From Gemmatimonadota bacterium (lineage in GTDB: Bacteria > Gemmatimonadota > Gemmatimonadetes > Longimicrobiales > Gaopeijiaceae): 64,000 bases of DNA. The translations under genes and the position numbers were made by a program. Position 1 is the stretch's first letter; every line of letters begins with the position of its first letter. Where the stretch lies: the NCBI GenBank assembly GCA_034521595.1, contig JAXHMG010000003.1, positions 2,080,001 to 2,144,000 on the forward strand. Direction: 5' to 3'. Below, one piece after another: positions 1 through 9,547 of this stretch. Below the pieces are notes generated by a model. That model was given only the letters and a program-made list of their open reading frames with translations. It ran no database searches and was not told the DNA's origin.

Positions 1-155
1 GTCGCGCGCCGGTTCAGGCCGGCCTGCAGGTCCTCCAGGCTCATCCCGGTCACGAACGTGAGATAGGTCGGCACGAGCGGAAGCACGCACGGGGACAGGA
101 ACGACAACACGCCCGCCGTGAACGCGATCGCGACACCGACATCGACTTCATTCAC
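1..155 (-). CDS. ccdA: Cytochrome c biogenesis protein CcdA (5' part; runs off the window edge)
   Basis: Manual minus-strand translation from GTG at 155 gives NEVDVGVAIAFTAGVLSFLSPCVLPLVPTYLTFVTG, which contains the CcdA/DsbD-beta SFLSPCVLP motif. The start overlaps the upstream stop (GTGA). Confidence 0.9.
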   Translation of the reverse strand, partial: MNEVDVGVAIAFTAGVLSFLSPCVLPLVPTYLTFVTGMSLEDLQAGLNRRA

Positions 156-1744
156 TGGATCTCTCCCTGTTCCGTTCCGGATGTATCCCCTGATGGGTCG
201 CTCGCGGCGACCCTCGCCTCACGAGCTCGCCTCTCTTCCTGTCGCGCACGCCGGGCCTGCAGAAACGCCCGGATCCCGGTCGTGATCCCGAACCACCCGG
301 CCACCCCGGCGATCATCCACCCAACCGCGGTCGGAGCCCAAGCCGCGACCGCCGCGACGAGCAGGATCAGGACCGAGACCGTTCCGAGCACCGTCCGGTC
401 TTCCCTGCCGAGCGTACGGTCGCCCGCCAGGGCGTCGCCCAGCACGACACCGGCCCGGACGACCGACGCCAGGGTCAGCCGCCCCGGCGCATGACCGAGC
501 GTGCGGATCTCCTGCTCCAGTCGCTCCGGCAGCGTTCCGCTCGGCTCGATCGATTCCTGCGGAGGTCCGGACTCGGCGGCCGTCGTGGTGACCGGACGCG
601 CCCTGCCCGGCAGCACGATCTCCACCGACGAAGCGAGATCGGCCACGAAGAGTCCTTCGAGCTGACCGGCCAGCCCCCGATCCAGAACGCCCACGTCCAA
701 CTCCCAGTTCCCCATGAGGCTCGCGCCGTTCAGATTGCTCGAGCCGACACGGCTCCAGACACCGTCCACCACGGACGTCTTGGCGTGGATCATCGGCCCC
801 TGCCACTCGAAGAGCCGGACGCCGGCTTCGAGCAGAGCGCGGTATCCTCCACGCGAGATGCTTCCCACCCACGGCCAGTTGTTGTGCGCCGGCACCAGGA
901 TGCGCACGTCCACCCCGTCGCGCGCCGCGGCGCCCAGCGCCTCGGACACCGCTCGGGGCGCCACGAAGTACGCGTCGGTGATCCAGATCCGATGCCGGGC
1001 ACGGGCGACGAAATAGTGGAGGGTGCGGTAGACGCGCGCACGCCCGGGCTCCCCTTCGATGAGCCAGACGGGCGTCTCTCCGGCTTTCGCCGCTTCCGGC
1101 AGCGTCCCGGCCCGAAAGATCGGCTGGTCGATCGACGACCACAAACGCTCGAAAGCGAGCGCCGCGGCGAGCGCCGCCGGGCCGCGGATCTCGACGCCGG
1201 TGTCACGCCACGGTGCCGCCTCGTCGCTGCCGGTCCACTCCACCCCGATGCAGAAGCCGCCCACGAAAGCCACCCGACCGTCGACGCAGATCAGCTTGCG
1301 GTGATCGCGCTGCAATACACCGAACGGATCTCCAAGGCCGACGGACGGCCGGTTGAACGGATGTACGCGGGCCCCTGCCTCGATGAGGGGACGCCAATAG
1401 GAGCGCGGCGTGGCCCAACACCCGATCCAGTCGTACACGATGTGGACCGGCACCCCCGCCCGGGCCTTCGCGACCAGGGCGTCCCGGAACCGGCGTCCAA
1501 CGACGTCGTCGCGGATGACGTAGTTCTCGAAGTAGACGAAGCGCTCGGCACCCTCGATGGCGTCGAGCCAACGAGCGAACGTGCTGGACCCTTCGAACTG
1601 GAGATTCAGCCGGTTGCCCGTGAGCGTCTCCGATCCGGCGGTACGCTCGATCTCGTCCGTTCCGAAGCGCAGCAGGTCCGGCTCGGCCGGAGGGGGGAGG
1701 CGCGGATCGGGTTCCGGGGACGGCACCTGTGGTCGGTCGGTCAC
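152..1744 (-). CDS. Phospholipase D-family cardiolipin synthase with C-terminal membrane extension
   Basis: Two HKD motifs (HRKLICVD, HAKTSVVD...VGSSN) and two hydrophobic helices near the C-terminus. Confidence 0.9.
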   Translation of the reverse strand: MTDRPQVPSPEPDPRLPPPAEPDLLRFGTDEIERTAGSETLTGNRLNLQFEGSSTFARWLDAIEGAERFVYFENYVIRDDVVGRRFRDALVAKARAGVPVHIVYDWIGCWATPRSYWRPLIEAGARVHPFNRPSVGLGDPFGVLQRDHRKLICVDGRVAFVGGFCIGVEWTGSDEAAPWRDTGVEIRGPAALAAALAFERLWSSIDQPIFRAGTLPEAAKAGETPVWLIEGEPGRARVYRTLHYFVARARHRIWITDAYFVAPRAVSEALGAAARDGVDVRILVPAHNNWPWVGSISRGGYRALLEAGVRLFEWQGPMIHAKTSVVDGVWSRVGSSNLNGASLMGNWELDVGVLDRGLAGQLEGLFVADLASSVEIVLPGRARPVTTTAAESGPPQESIEPSGTLPERLEQEIRTLGHAPGRLTLASVVRAGVVLGDALAGDRTLGREDRTVLGTVSVLILLVAAVAAWAPTAVGWMIAGVAGWFGITTGIRAFLQARRARQEERRAREARVAASDPSGDTSGTEQGEIQ

Positions 1745-1762
1745 GGGAGTCGGCCTCCGACC

Positions 1763-2677
1763 TCAGCCGAGCTCCGAGGCGAAGCGGTACGAGAGCAGCT
1801 TGTAGACGAGCTTCGCGATCAGGAAATCGGGAGCGTGGTTGCCCGCCATGGGTGCATGCTCGACCACGTCCGCGGCGACGACCTCGCGCTCCGCGAAGAC
1901 CCGCTTCAGGAACCGGAGCGTCCGGTACCAGTCGCCACCCCCGGGCTCCGGGGTCCCCGTCGACGGGACGAGAGACGGGTCGAAATAGTCCACGTCGAAG
2001 GTCAGGTACACGCGAGGTCCGAGGGCGTCGAGGGCGCGGTCCATCCAGCGGTCACTCTCCCACATCGCGTCGGCCCACACGAGCTCGGACCCCGACGTGG
2101 CCTCCGAGAGGGCCTGTTCCTCTTCACTCGTGGCGCGGATCCCCACGCCGACGACGTCCACCCGGTCGAGCACGCGGCCCATGACCGCGGCATGCGAGTG
2201 GGGCGTGCCCTCGTAGCTCCGGCGCAGATCGGCATGCGCGTCCATCTGCAGCACGCTGAGGCGGGTGTCCGAGCGTTCCGCCTGTGCCAGGACGGCGGGC
2301 CCCGTCAAGGAGTGCTCTCCCCCCAACATCAACAGGAAGCGATCGTCGCAAGCTTCGGCGACCCGCGCGTACGCTTCGCCGAGCTGCTCCATGGCGTGCG
2401 CGGCACCGGCTTTGGTCAACTCGAGGGAAGGAAGCGTGTGCACCCCGTACCCGAGCGCGGGTTCTCCTCCGAGCTCCTGATCGAAGAGCTCGACATAGCG
2501 GGATGCCTCGATGATCGTCCGCGGCCCTTCACGCGTTCCACCACCGTACGAGGTCGTCGATTCGTACGGTACCGGAAGCAAGACCGCGCGAGCACGGTCG
2601 AAGTCGCCGTCCGCACCATCGAGCCCCAGGAACGTGTGAGGCGCCTCCCAGGGGAGGTCCCGCAGGGCTTCGATCAC
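1763..2677 (-). CDS. speB: Agmatinase (ureohydrolase family)
   Basis: GGEHS, DAHADLR and TFDVDYFDPS...GTPEPGG motifs. Probable GTG start at 2677 overlaps the fur stop; the ORF-track extension to 2857 overlaps fur. Confidence 0.9.
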   Translation of the reverse strand: MIEALRDLPWEAPHTFLGLDGADGDFDRARAVLLPVPYESTTSYGGGTREGPRTIIEASRYVELFDQELGGEPALGYGVHTLPSLELTKAGAAHAMEQLGEAYARVAEACDDRFLLMLGGEHSLTGPAVLAQAERSDTRLSVLQMDAHADLRRSYEGTPHSHAAVMGRVLDRVDVVGVGIRATSEEEQALSEATSGSELVWADAMWESDRWMDRALDALGPRVYLTFDVDYFDPSLVPSTGTPEPGGGDWYRTLRFLKRVFAEREVVAADVVEHAPMAGNHAPDFLIAKLVYKLLSYRFASELG

Positions 2678-3174
2678 ACCGTCTCGATAGGACAGGTGAG
2701 TCCCTCGTTCGGCAACTCGACGCCCGCTTCCTGGCATTCGTTGCACAGGCCGTAGATCTCCAGGCGGTGCCGTACGGGTGCGAACCCGTGCTCGCTCCGA
2801 ACCCGGTTCTCGACCGAATACATCTCCGTGCTCTCGAACTCCTCGACCTTGGCGCACTCCAAGCAGATCAGGTGCTCGTGGACGGGATGTCGTGAAAGGC
2901 GGTGCTCGTAGCGCTTGAAGCCCTCACCGAAATCGTGCTCTTCGACCAAGCGGCTACGCACGAGGAGGTCCAACGTGCGATAGATGGTCGCTTTACCGAT
3001 GCGCTCTCCGCGCTGGCGGATCTCTCGCTCGATATCGTCGACCGAAAGGTGGGCGTCGGAACCGAAGACGACATCGGCCACCACCTCGCGCTGGTGTGTG
3101 ACCGGTAAGCCGAGATCACGCAGGTACCGGCCGAACAGCCGGGTAAACGGATCGGTGACGGTTGCTGTGCTCAC
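2674..3174 (-). CDS. fur: Fur-family transcriptional regulator
   Basis: HLS..., ATIYRTL helix-turn-helix, HEHLICLEC and CNEC zinc-site motifs. Metal specificity (Fur/Zur/PerR) cannot be determined. Confidence 0.88.
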   Translation of the reverse strand: MSTATVTDPFTRLFGRYLRDLGLPVTHQREVVADVVFGSDAHLSVDDIEREIRQRGERIGKATIYRTLDLLVRSRLVEEHDFGEGFKRYEHRLSRHPVHEHLICLECAKVEEFESTEMYSVENRVRSEHGFAPVRHRLEIYGLCNECQEAGVELPNEGLTCPIETV

Positions 3175-3608
3175 GCGTCCCTCGCCTTCAGAAACTCCGT
3201 ATCGAACTCCTCGAGGAGCTCCTCGAACCGGGCCGGCTCGCCGCCGACCTCGACTTCTCGGGGCTCACCCAACTCGTCGCCGCTGCGGCGCACCACTCCT
3301 TCGATCACCGCGGCGAACCTGTCCGCCGGCGCTTCGCCCTCGTGGCTCACGGAGGGCGTCACGCTCACGCCATGTCCGGTATGCTCCGCCACGTACGCGA
3401 CCGTGACCATGCCTCTCCGGTCGGAGGCACCGTCCAGAAACGTACTGACCGCGACCAGACCTTGTTCCTGCCTACCCCGCCGAACAGGGGGAAAGATCCA
3501 CAGGCGTTCGATGAAGGGAGCCCCGATCTCGTCTCGAATCCGGATCAACGCGCGCGGAATCGCCTCCGGCACGCCGGGGTCCGAGCCGGCAGAGGCATCG
3601 CCGCTCAT
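3171..3608 (-). CDS. Hypothetical protein
   Basis: ATG at 3608 overlaps the nrnA stop (TGATG) and the stop overlaps the fur start; protein-like composition (MSGDASAG...ERLWIFPP...). Confidence 0.7.
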   Translation of the reverse strand: MSGDASAGSDPGVPEAIPRALIRIRDEIGAPFIERLWIFPPVRRGRQEQGLVAVSTFLDGASDRRGMVTVAYVAEHTGHGVSVTPSVSHEGEAPADRFAAVIEGVVRRSGDELGEPREVEVGGEPARFEELLEEFDTEFLKARDA

Positions 3609-4639
3609 CAGGCCTTCTGCTCGGCGGCGTCCCCCGAGACCACCTCCCGGGTGACCGAGAGCACCTCGGCCACCGCGCGCTCCATCGGTCCCGGCAGCAT
3701 CGCGCCCGAGGCCTTCGTGTGCCCGCCACCCTCCCAGTGGCGGGCGAGGGCGTTGACGTCGACCTCGCCCGTCGAACGGAACGAAACTTTGATCTCTCCC
3801 GCCGCCGTGCCGCGAAAGAGCAGCGCGACCTGGGTCCCTTCCAGCGTCCGGGGCACGTCGACGAGCCCTTCGAGATCCTCGGGAGTCGCGCCGATCCGCT
3901 CGTACGACTCGGTCGGGACGGTCATCCAGGAAACCCCGGCCTCCGGGTCGCTTTCCAGCGTGTCCAGAGAATCCCGCAGCAACCGGAACTTCCGAATGGT
4001 CGCGGAGCCGTAGATCCGGTCGTAGATCGCTTCGGGATTCACGCCCCGCGCGATGAGGTCGGCGGCGATGTGGTGGCTGTCCGGCGTGGCGTTGGTGTAG
4101 CGGAAGCCCCCGGTATCGGTCAGGATCGCCACGTAGATGCCGAGCGTGACGTGATCCGTCCACGGTCCGCCGGCCTTTGAGATCACGTCGTACACGAGCT
4201 CACCCGTGGCACACGCGTCCGCATCGCGCAGGGACGTTCCCCCGATCGCGCGCTCGCCCGGAGGATGATGGTCGAGCACGAGCGTCGGCAGATCCCGAAT
4301 GAGGTCGCGCACCCGGCCGATCCTCGGGACTTCGCCCGTGTCGAGAACGACGGCGAGGTCGGCATCCGCGCACAGGTCGCGCGCCTTCGCCGAGCCGGCC
4401 GGCACGATCCAGCTTTCCGACTCGATGAGAAAACGAAACTGGTCCGGAAAGGGCGTCGGGTTGATGATCCAGGCCTCCGTCCCGTTGGCCCTGAGCCAGG
4501 AAGCGATCGCTCCCTGACAGCCCGTGCCGTCCCCGTCCGCGTTCAGATGCGTCGTCAGCACGGCGCGACGGGAGGCGAGAAGCGCGTTCCTCGCCTCCAT
4601 CACGGCGGGCACCCGCTCCGGGGGCGTCCGGTAGCTCAC
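3608..4639 (-). CDS. nrnA: DHH-family phosphoesterase (bifunctional oligoribonuclease/pAp phosphatase NrnA-like)
   Basis: HLNADGDG, LDHH, DTGGF and DHHA1 GGGH motifs. Confidence 0.9.
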   Translation of the reverse strand: MSYRTPPERVPAVMEARNALLASRRAVLTTHLNADGDGTGCQGAIASWLRANGTEAWIINPTPFPDQFRFLIESESWIVPAGSAKARDLCADADLAVVLDTGEVPRIGRVRDLIRDLPTLVLDHHPPGERAIGGTSLRDADACATGELVYDVISKAGGPWTDHVTLGIYVAILTDTGGFRYTNATPDSHHIAADLIARGVNPEAIYDRIYGSATIRKFRLLRDSLDTLESDPEAGVSWMTVPTESYERIGATPEDLEGLVDVPRTLEGTQVALLFRGTAAGEIKVSFRSTGEVDVNALARHWEGGGHTKASGAMLPGPMERAVAEVLSVTREVVSGDAAEQKA

Positions 4640-4729
4640 TTCGACTCCTGACCCTGCTGAGATGAAGAGCTCGGTCGGGCTCCCCCCGACATGCTAGCCC
4701 GGAAGATACCCAAGACGGGCGGTCGGACG

Positions 4730-5998
4730 CTACGGGGCGCCGCCTCCGGGAAGCTTCTTCCGCACCTTCGCCCAGGTCGAGGCCAGGTGCACAAGCCTCG
4801 ACGCTTCCGTGCCCCCCACCCGCGCGTGCCGGAGGGCGTTCCGGAGCGCGTCGGGCCGGTTGGCATGGGCCGGAAGCTCCACGAAAGCGTTCCCGAGCTC
4901 CCGTAGGGTATGGGCATCGGATCCGGCCCCCCGAAGGGTACCGTGCCGGTCGGCCAAGTCTTCGGCCCTGGGATTGGCGGTGGGATGATGAAGCCGTGCA
5001 TTGAACACTTCCACGACTTCACAAAGCGACGCGAGCCGGTCGGCGAGCCGTCCTCCCCCACCCTTTCCACCCGCGTACGGATGGGGCAGATAGGAGATCC
5101 CCCCCTGTTCGTGAATCCAGGCGATCGTCTTCTCGGCGGGGGTGCCCCTCGGAATCTCCTCCGAGAGGTAGAGGCCGATGACGTCGATGCCTTCGGCCGT
5201 CCGAACCTCTTCCCCCGGAACGATGGCCTCCGGATGCCGCTCCGCCATGCGGAGCGCCAGTCCGAGCCGGTCGTGGTCCGTGATCGCGATGCGACCGTAC
5301 CCGAGCGCGCGCATCCGACGGAGCACGGCTTCCGGGTCGGAGAGACAGTCCCAGGACGCCATCGTGTGCAAATGCAGATCCATGCGGAGCTCGGACCGCG
5401 CACGTGCCCGCAAGTCGTCCAGCACCCGGTCCGCCCGCTCGCGGATGGCGTCGAGGCTCGCTCCGTTGTCGATCACGATGTCTGAGCGAGCCCGCTTCTC
5501 CTCCGCCGGCATTTGAGCGTCCATCATGCGGCGCGCCTCGGCCTCGTCGATGCCCCGGTCGGAGACCAGCCGAGCCAGCCGCACGGCTTCGGGGGCGTCG
5601 ACGAGCACCGTCACGTCGAAGTCCTCTTCACCTCCGGTCTCGAAAAGGAGCGGGATCTCGGACACCGCGAGCTCGTGGCCCCGTTCCTCCTGCTCCGCGA
5701 ACCACTGCTCCCGTTGCTCCCGCACGCTGGGGTGGATGATGGCCTCGAGCTTGGCGCGAGCTTCCTCGTCCCGGAAAACTCTGGCGCGCAGGGCCGCACG
5801 GTCGAGCGTGCCGTCGATCCCGACCACCTCGTCCCCGAAGGCCTCGCGGACCCGGTCGAAGCCGTGCGTGCCCGGTTCCACCGCTCGGCGGGCGAACGTG
5901 TCCGCGCTGGCGACCGGGACGTCCCGGGCCGCCCAGAGCTCGGCGACGGTCGACTTCCCCGCTGCGATGCTTCCGGTGAGCGCGACGTTGAGCGTCAT
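4730..5998 (-). CDS. coaE: Dephospho-CoA kinase fused to a C-terminal PHP-family phosphoesterase domain
   Basis: N-terminal LTGSIAAGKSTV P-loop with IIHP and EIPLLFE (CoaE). The frame continues without a stop into DLHLHT...TDHD...GEE...PHP...GSDAH (PHP domain, from about 5383). ATG at 5998 overlaps the DedA stop. Confidence 0.88.
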   Translation of the reverse strand: MTLNVALTGSIAAGKSTVAELWAARDVPVASADTFARRAVEPGTHGFDRVREAFGDEVVGIDGTLDRAALRARVFRDEEARAKLEAIIHPSVREQREQWFAEQEERGHELAVSEIPLLFETGGEEDFDVTVLVDAPEAVRLARLVSDRGIDEAEARRMMDAQMPAEEKRARSDIVIDNGASLDAIRERADRVLDDLRARARSELRMDLHLHTMASWDCLSDPEAVLRRMRALGYGRIAITDHDRLGLALRMAERHPEAIVPGEEVRTAEGIDVIGLYLSEEIPRGTPAEKTIAWIHEQGGISYLPHPYAGGKGGGGRLADRLASLCEVVEVFNARLHHPTANPRAEDLADRHGTLRGAGSDAHTLRELGNAFVELPAHANRPDALRNALRHARVGGTEASRLVHLASTWAKVRKKLPGGGAP

Positions 5999-6621
5999 GT
6001 CGTGGGCCTCTCGGACGCGACACCGACCCGCTTCCGACGCCACAGGAACCAGAGCACGGCGCCCGCGGCCACGAACAGCGTCGCGCCTCCCACGCCGACC
6101 CAGCGAGCCACGGCCTGCCAGCTTTCCCCTGCCAGCGCACCGATTCCCACGTAGATCGCCAGCCAACCCACGAGGCCGAAAGTCTGGTAGAAGAGGAACC
6201 GTCCGTAGGAGAGGCCACTCATCCCGGCCGCCATGGGCATGAGGGTGCGGGCGAAGGAGATCAGGCGTCCGACCGTGACCGAGTAGACCGGGTGCCGACC
6301 GAAGAACCCGCTCAGCCGTGCGTGCCGCTCGCTCGCCACTCTGGAGAGTCGCCCTTTTCCTTGGAGGAAACGCACGCCCCACACCCGACCAACCCAGTAG
6401 CCGGCCGTATCTCCGAGCGCGCCCCCGGCCGCCGCCGCGGTCAGCATCGGCGCGAGGGCCACGTCACCTTCCAGCGCCAGCGCCGTCGCGAAAGATGTCG
6501 CCATGCCGGAGGGCACCACCAGGCCCGTGATGAAGCACGTCTCGAGCACCGCGAGCACGAACAGGAGCCACGGGCCGTAGAGCGGAAGGAGCTGAAGCAG
6601 GTACGCGCCGATCGGGTCCAT
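5995..6621 (-). CDS. DedA-family membrane protein
   Basis: ETCFITGLVVP, GDTAGYWVGR and GRLISFARTLMPMAAG motifs; probable ATG at 6621. Confidence 0.9.
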   Translation of the reverse strand: MDPIGAYLLQLLPLYGPWLLFVLAVLETCFITGLVVPSGMATSFATALALEGDVALAPMLTAAAAGGALGDTAGYWVGRVWGVRFLQGKGRLSRVASERHARLSGFFGRHPVYSVTVGRLISFARTLMPMAAGMSGLSYGRFLFYQTFGLVGWLAIYVGIGALAGESWQAVARWVGVGGATLFVAAGAVLWFLWRRKRVGVASERPTT

Positions 6622-6672
6622 GAGCTTCAGGCGGAGACCGGGGCGGACCGGGGGCGCGAGGTGCGGGCGCAC

Positions 6673-7047
6673 TCAGCCGCGTGGCGTCGCCACGAGCATG
6701 TCGTCGTCCGTGCCGGGCAATCCGTCGGGCCCCGCGGACACGATACCGACCGAGTCGGGCCACACGCGGAGCCCATACGTGGCTCCCCACCGATCATGGA
6801 CCACCGTGCCGTTCCGGTACCGCTCGTCCAGCCACGCCTGCCAGGCCCCCTCGTCGGTGGGAAGCTCTCCGGTGAGGCGTTCGTGCGAGACCACGTTGCG
6901 GCCCACGCGCTCCATCTCGTCGATGGCGCCGAGGGCCGTATACGGACGCAGCACGCGCTCGGCCGCCTCATGCAGGATCGCTCGCGTCTCCGGAAAGTAG
7001 TACCATGTGACCACACATAACATGCTGAGGAGCACGAGCCTAGTCAT
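6673..7047 (-). CDS. Small membrane-anchored hypothetical protein with pseudopilin (GspG)-like C-terminal motif
   Basis: N-terminal hydrophobic segment and C-terminal DRWGATY...SAGPDGLPGTDDD, which resembles the GspG C-terminal motif; ATG at 7047. Confidence 0.6.
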   Translation of the reverse strand: MTRLVLLSMLCVVTWYYFPETRAILHEAAERVLRPYTALGAIDEMERVGRNVVSHERLTGELPTDEGAWQAWLDERYRNGTVVHDRWGATYGLRVWPDSVGIVSAGPDGLPGTDDDMLVATPRG

Positions 7048-7306
7048 GGGCCGGGCGCTCCATTTCCCTTCGGCCGGAGATCCGGCGCCGCATGCGGGCG
7101 CTCCACGCCAGGTATCGCTCGAGGTCGTCGAGGTCCGGAACGGCCTCGGGGTCGCCCAGGGCGGTCTCCATGCGCCAGCGCAGATAGGACGACGGCGGCA
7201 TGGGAAGGAACGGGAACCGACGGTACCAGCGACGGTCCCGAAACGCCCAAGCGGCGCGGAGAATGCTGGGAATGGTCCAGGGCCGCCGAAGCGCGAGCTC
7301 CGCCAT
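7040..7306 (-). CDS. Small hypothetical protein
   Basis: MAELALRRPW...WYRRFPFLPMPPSSYLRWRMETALG; the stop overlaps the start of the next gene. The exact start is uncertain. Confidence 0.55.
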   Translation of the reverse strand: MAELALRRPWTIPSILRAAWAFRDRRWYRRFPFLPMPPSSYLRWRMETALGDPEAVPDLDDLERYLAWSARMRRRISGRREMERPAHD

Positions 7307-7432
7307 GCGCGAGTAAATCGACACGATCGAAAGGACTGGGTGGGTGAAGGAAGATCCGGATGAACTCTGGGTCGCCCGGACAATGTAACCGTCGCCCGCC
7401 CGAACTGTAATCATTTGTTTACCGGAGCCCCG

Positions 7433-9484
7433 ATGACCAATCGACTCGCCAAGGAATCGAGCCCCTACCTCCAACAGCACGCCGAGAATCCCGTGGACTG
7501 GTTCCCCTGGGGGAACGAAGCGTTCGCGCGGGCTCGGGAGCTGGACTGTCCGATCCTGCTTTCCGTCGGCTACTCCTCGTGCCACTGGTGCCACGTGATG
7601 GAGCACGAGTCGTTCGAGGACGAGGCGACCGCCGGACTCATGAACGAGTTGTTCGTGAGCATCAAGGTCGACCGGGAGGAGCGGCCGGACATCGACCAGA
7701 TCTACATCAAGGCGGTCCAGGCGATGACGGGCTCGGCGGGCTGGCCCCTCACCGTCTGGCTGACCCCGGACGGGGTGCCGTTCTACGGGGGAACGTATTT
7801 TCCGTCCGGGCGACGACACGGCATGCCCGCGTTCCGTGAAGTCCTGCAGGCGGTTTCGGACGCGTACCGGGATCGGAAGGACGACGTCCTGGAGACCGGT
7901 GGCCGTCTGGTGGACGCGCTGGCCCGAGCGGCCGAGCCCGGAACTCCCGGCGAAGCCGGCAGCGACCTGCTCGATGCCGCGTACCAAGGCCTCGCCGACC
8001 GGTACGACGAGACCCACGGCGGTTTTGGGAGCGCACCGAAGTTCCCCCAGCCCGTGACGCTGGAGATCGTCCTCCGGCATGCCGCCCGCACCGGCGACGA
8101 TCGAGCCCGAGCCATGCTGGTGCACACGCTCCGGGCGATGGCCGAGGGCGGCATGCGCGATCAGCTCGCGGGAGGGTTTCACCGGTACTCGGTGGACGAC
8201 CGTTGGCTCGTGCCCCACTTCGAGAAGATGCTGTACGACAACGCTCTGCTGGCGCGGCTGTACGTGGACGTCTTCCTGTTCACCGGGGAGGCGGACCTGC
8301 GCACGGTGGCCGAAGAGGTCTTCGACGACGTGCTGACCGACCTGCGCGCGCCGGAAGGCGGGTTCTACACGGCGCGGGACGCGGACTCCGAGGGAGAAGA
8401 AGGACGGTTCTACGTCTGGACGCCCGAGGAGCTCGAATCCGTGCTGGGACCGGACCGGGCGCGGGTATTCGGCAAGGTCTACGGCGTGACCCCCGGAGGA
8501 AACTTCGAAGGACGCTCCATCCTCCACCTGGCCCGCGACATCGGGAGTGTCGCGCGCGAGGAAGGCCTCACGGAAGACGAGCTCGGAAAGCGTCTCGCCG
8601 AAGATCGTGCCTGTCTGCTGGACGCCAGAGCGGCCCGCGAGGCACCGTTCCGGGACGAGAAGGTCATCACCTCGTGGAACGCCATGACGGTTCGGGCACT
8701 CGCCGAAGCCGGCGCAGCACTCGGCCGCCGGGACTACGTCGAAGCCGCCGAGAAGGCCACGCGGTTCATCGAAGACCGACTCTTCCACGACGGGCGCCTG
8801 TTGAGGGTGTTCAAGGACGGGGAGGCCAAGGTCCCGGGCTTTCTGGAGGATCATGCGGCCCTGGGCAACGCGGCGCTCTCGCTCCATGGAGCCACGCTGG
8901 ACCCGCGGTGGCTGGAGCGGGCGCGCTGGTGCTGCGAGGAGATACTCTCGCGCTTCGAGGACCCGGAGACGGAGCTCCTCTTCGACACGCCGAAAGACGG
9001 CGATGCGTTGGTCGTCCGCCCTCGTGACGCGACCGACGGCGCCACGCCTTCCGGCCCGTCCCTGGCCGCCGAGCTTCTCGTGCGGGCGGGACACGTCTTC
9101 GACGAGCCCCGCTACCGGGACGCGGCCGAGCGCACGTTCTCGGCCCAGGCAGGCGCGCTCGAGCGCTTCGGAGCGGCGTTCGGGCGCATGCTCTCGGCGC
9201 TCGACCGGGCGCGGGCGCAGCCGGTCGAGGTCGCGATCGTGGGAGATCCTTCGGACGACGAGACGCAGGCGCTCATCCGGGCGGCCCACGAGCGCTTCCT
9301 CCGCTCGCTCACGGTGGTGGGACGGCCACCCGAGGTGGAGGTGCCGGACGTCCCGTTGCTCGCCGACCGCGGTCTCGTGGACGGGCGCCCGGCCGCCTAT
9401 GTCTGTCGGGCCTTTGCGTGTTACCTACCGGTCACGGAAGGCGAGGAGGTCCGGAGAGAGATGGAGCGGGTGCTGGAGGGGTGA
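7433..9484 (+). CDS. Thioredoxin-domain protein, YyaL/DUF255 (SPATA20-like)
   Basis: [38 protein letters not shown] and [11 protein letters not shown] motifs. Confidence 0.93.
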   Translation: MTNRLAKESSPYLQQHAENPVDWFPWGNEAFARARELDCPILLSVGYSSCHWCHVMEHESFEDEATAGLMNELFVSIKVDREERPDIDQIYIKAVQAMTGSAGWPLTVWLTPDGVPFYGGTYFPSGRRHGMPAFREVLQAVSDAYRDRKDDVLETGGRLVDALARAAEPGTPGEAGSDLLDAAYQGLADRYDETHGGFGSAPKFPQPVTLEIVLRHAARTGDDRARAMLVHTLRAMAEGGMRDQLAGGFHRYSVDDRWLVPHFEKMLYDNALLARLYVDVFLFTGEADLRTVAEEVFDDVLTDLRAPEGGFYTARDADSEGEEGRFYVWTPEELESVLGPDRARVFGKVYGVTPGGNFEGRSILHLARDIGSVAREEGLTEDELGKRLAEDRACLLDARAAREAPFRDEKVITSWNAMTVRALAEAGAALGRRDYVEAAEKATRFIEDRLFHDGRLLRVFKDGEAKVPGFLEDHAALGNAALSLHGATLDPRWLERARWCCEEILSRFEDPETELLFDTPKDGDALVVRPRDATDGATPSGPSLAAELLVRAGHVFDEPRYRDAAERTFSAQAGALERFGAAFGRMLSALDRARAQPVEVAIVGDPSDDETQALIRAAHERFLRSLTVVGRPPEVEVPDVPLLADRGLVDGRPAAYVCRAFACYLPVTEGEEVRREMERVLEG

Positions 9485-9547
9485 GGCCAGCCGGTGGCCT
9501 TCGCATCGGCCCCGGCGGGCTCCTCCGGGCTCGGCGCCCCGCCCGGC

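Noticed and set aside
491-2755. 754-aa plus-strand ORF
   Set aside because: Antisense shadow of cls/speB in high-GC DNA; no recognisable motifs.
7307-9289. Long upstream extension of the 7040..9289 minus-strand ORF
   Set aside because: Antisense to the well-supported YyaL-like gene; only the last ~88 codons look like a real protein.
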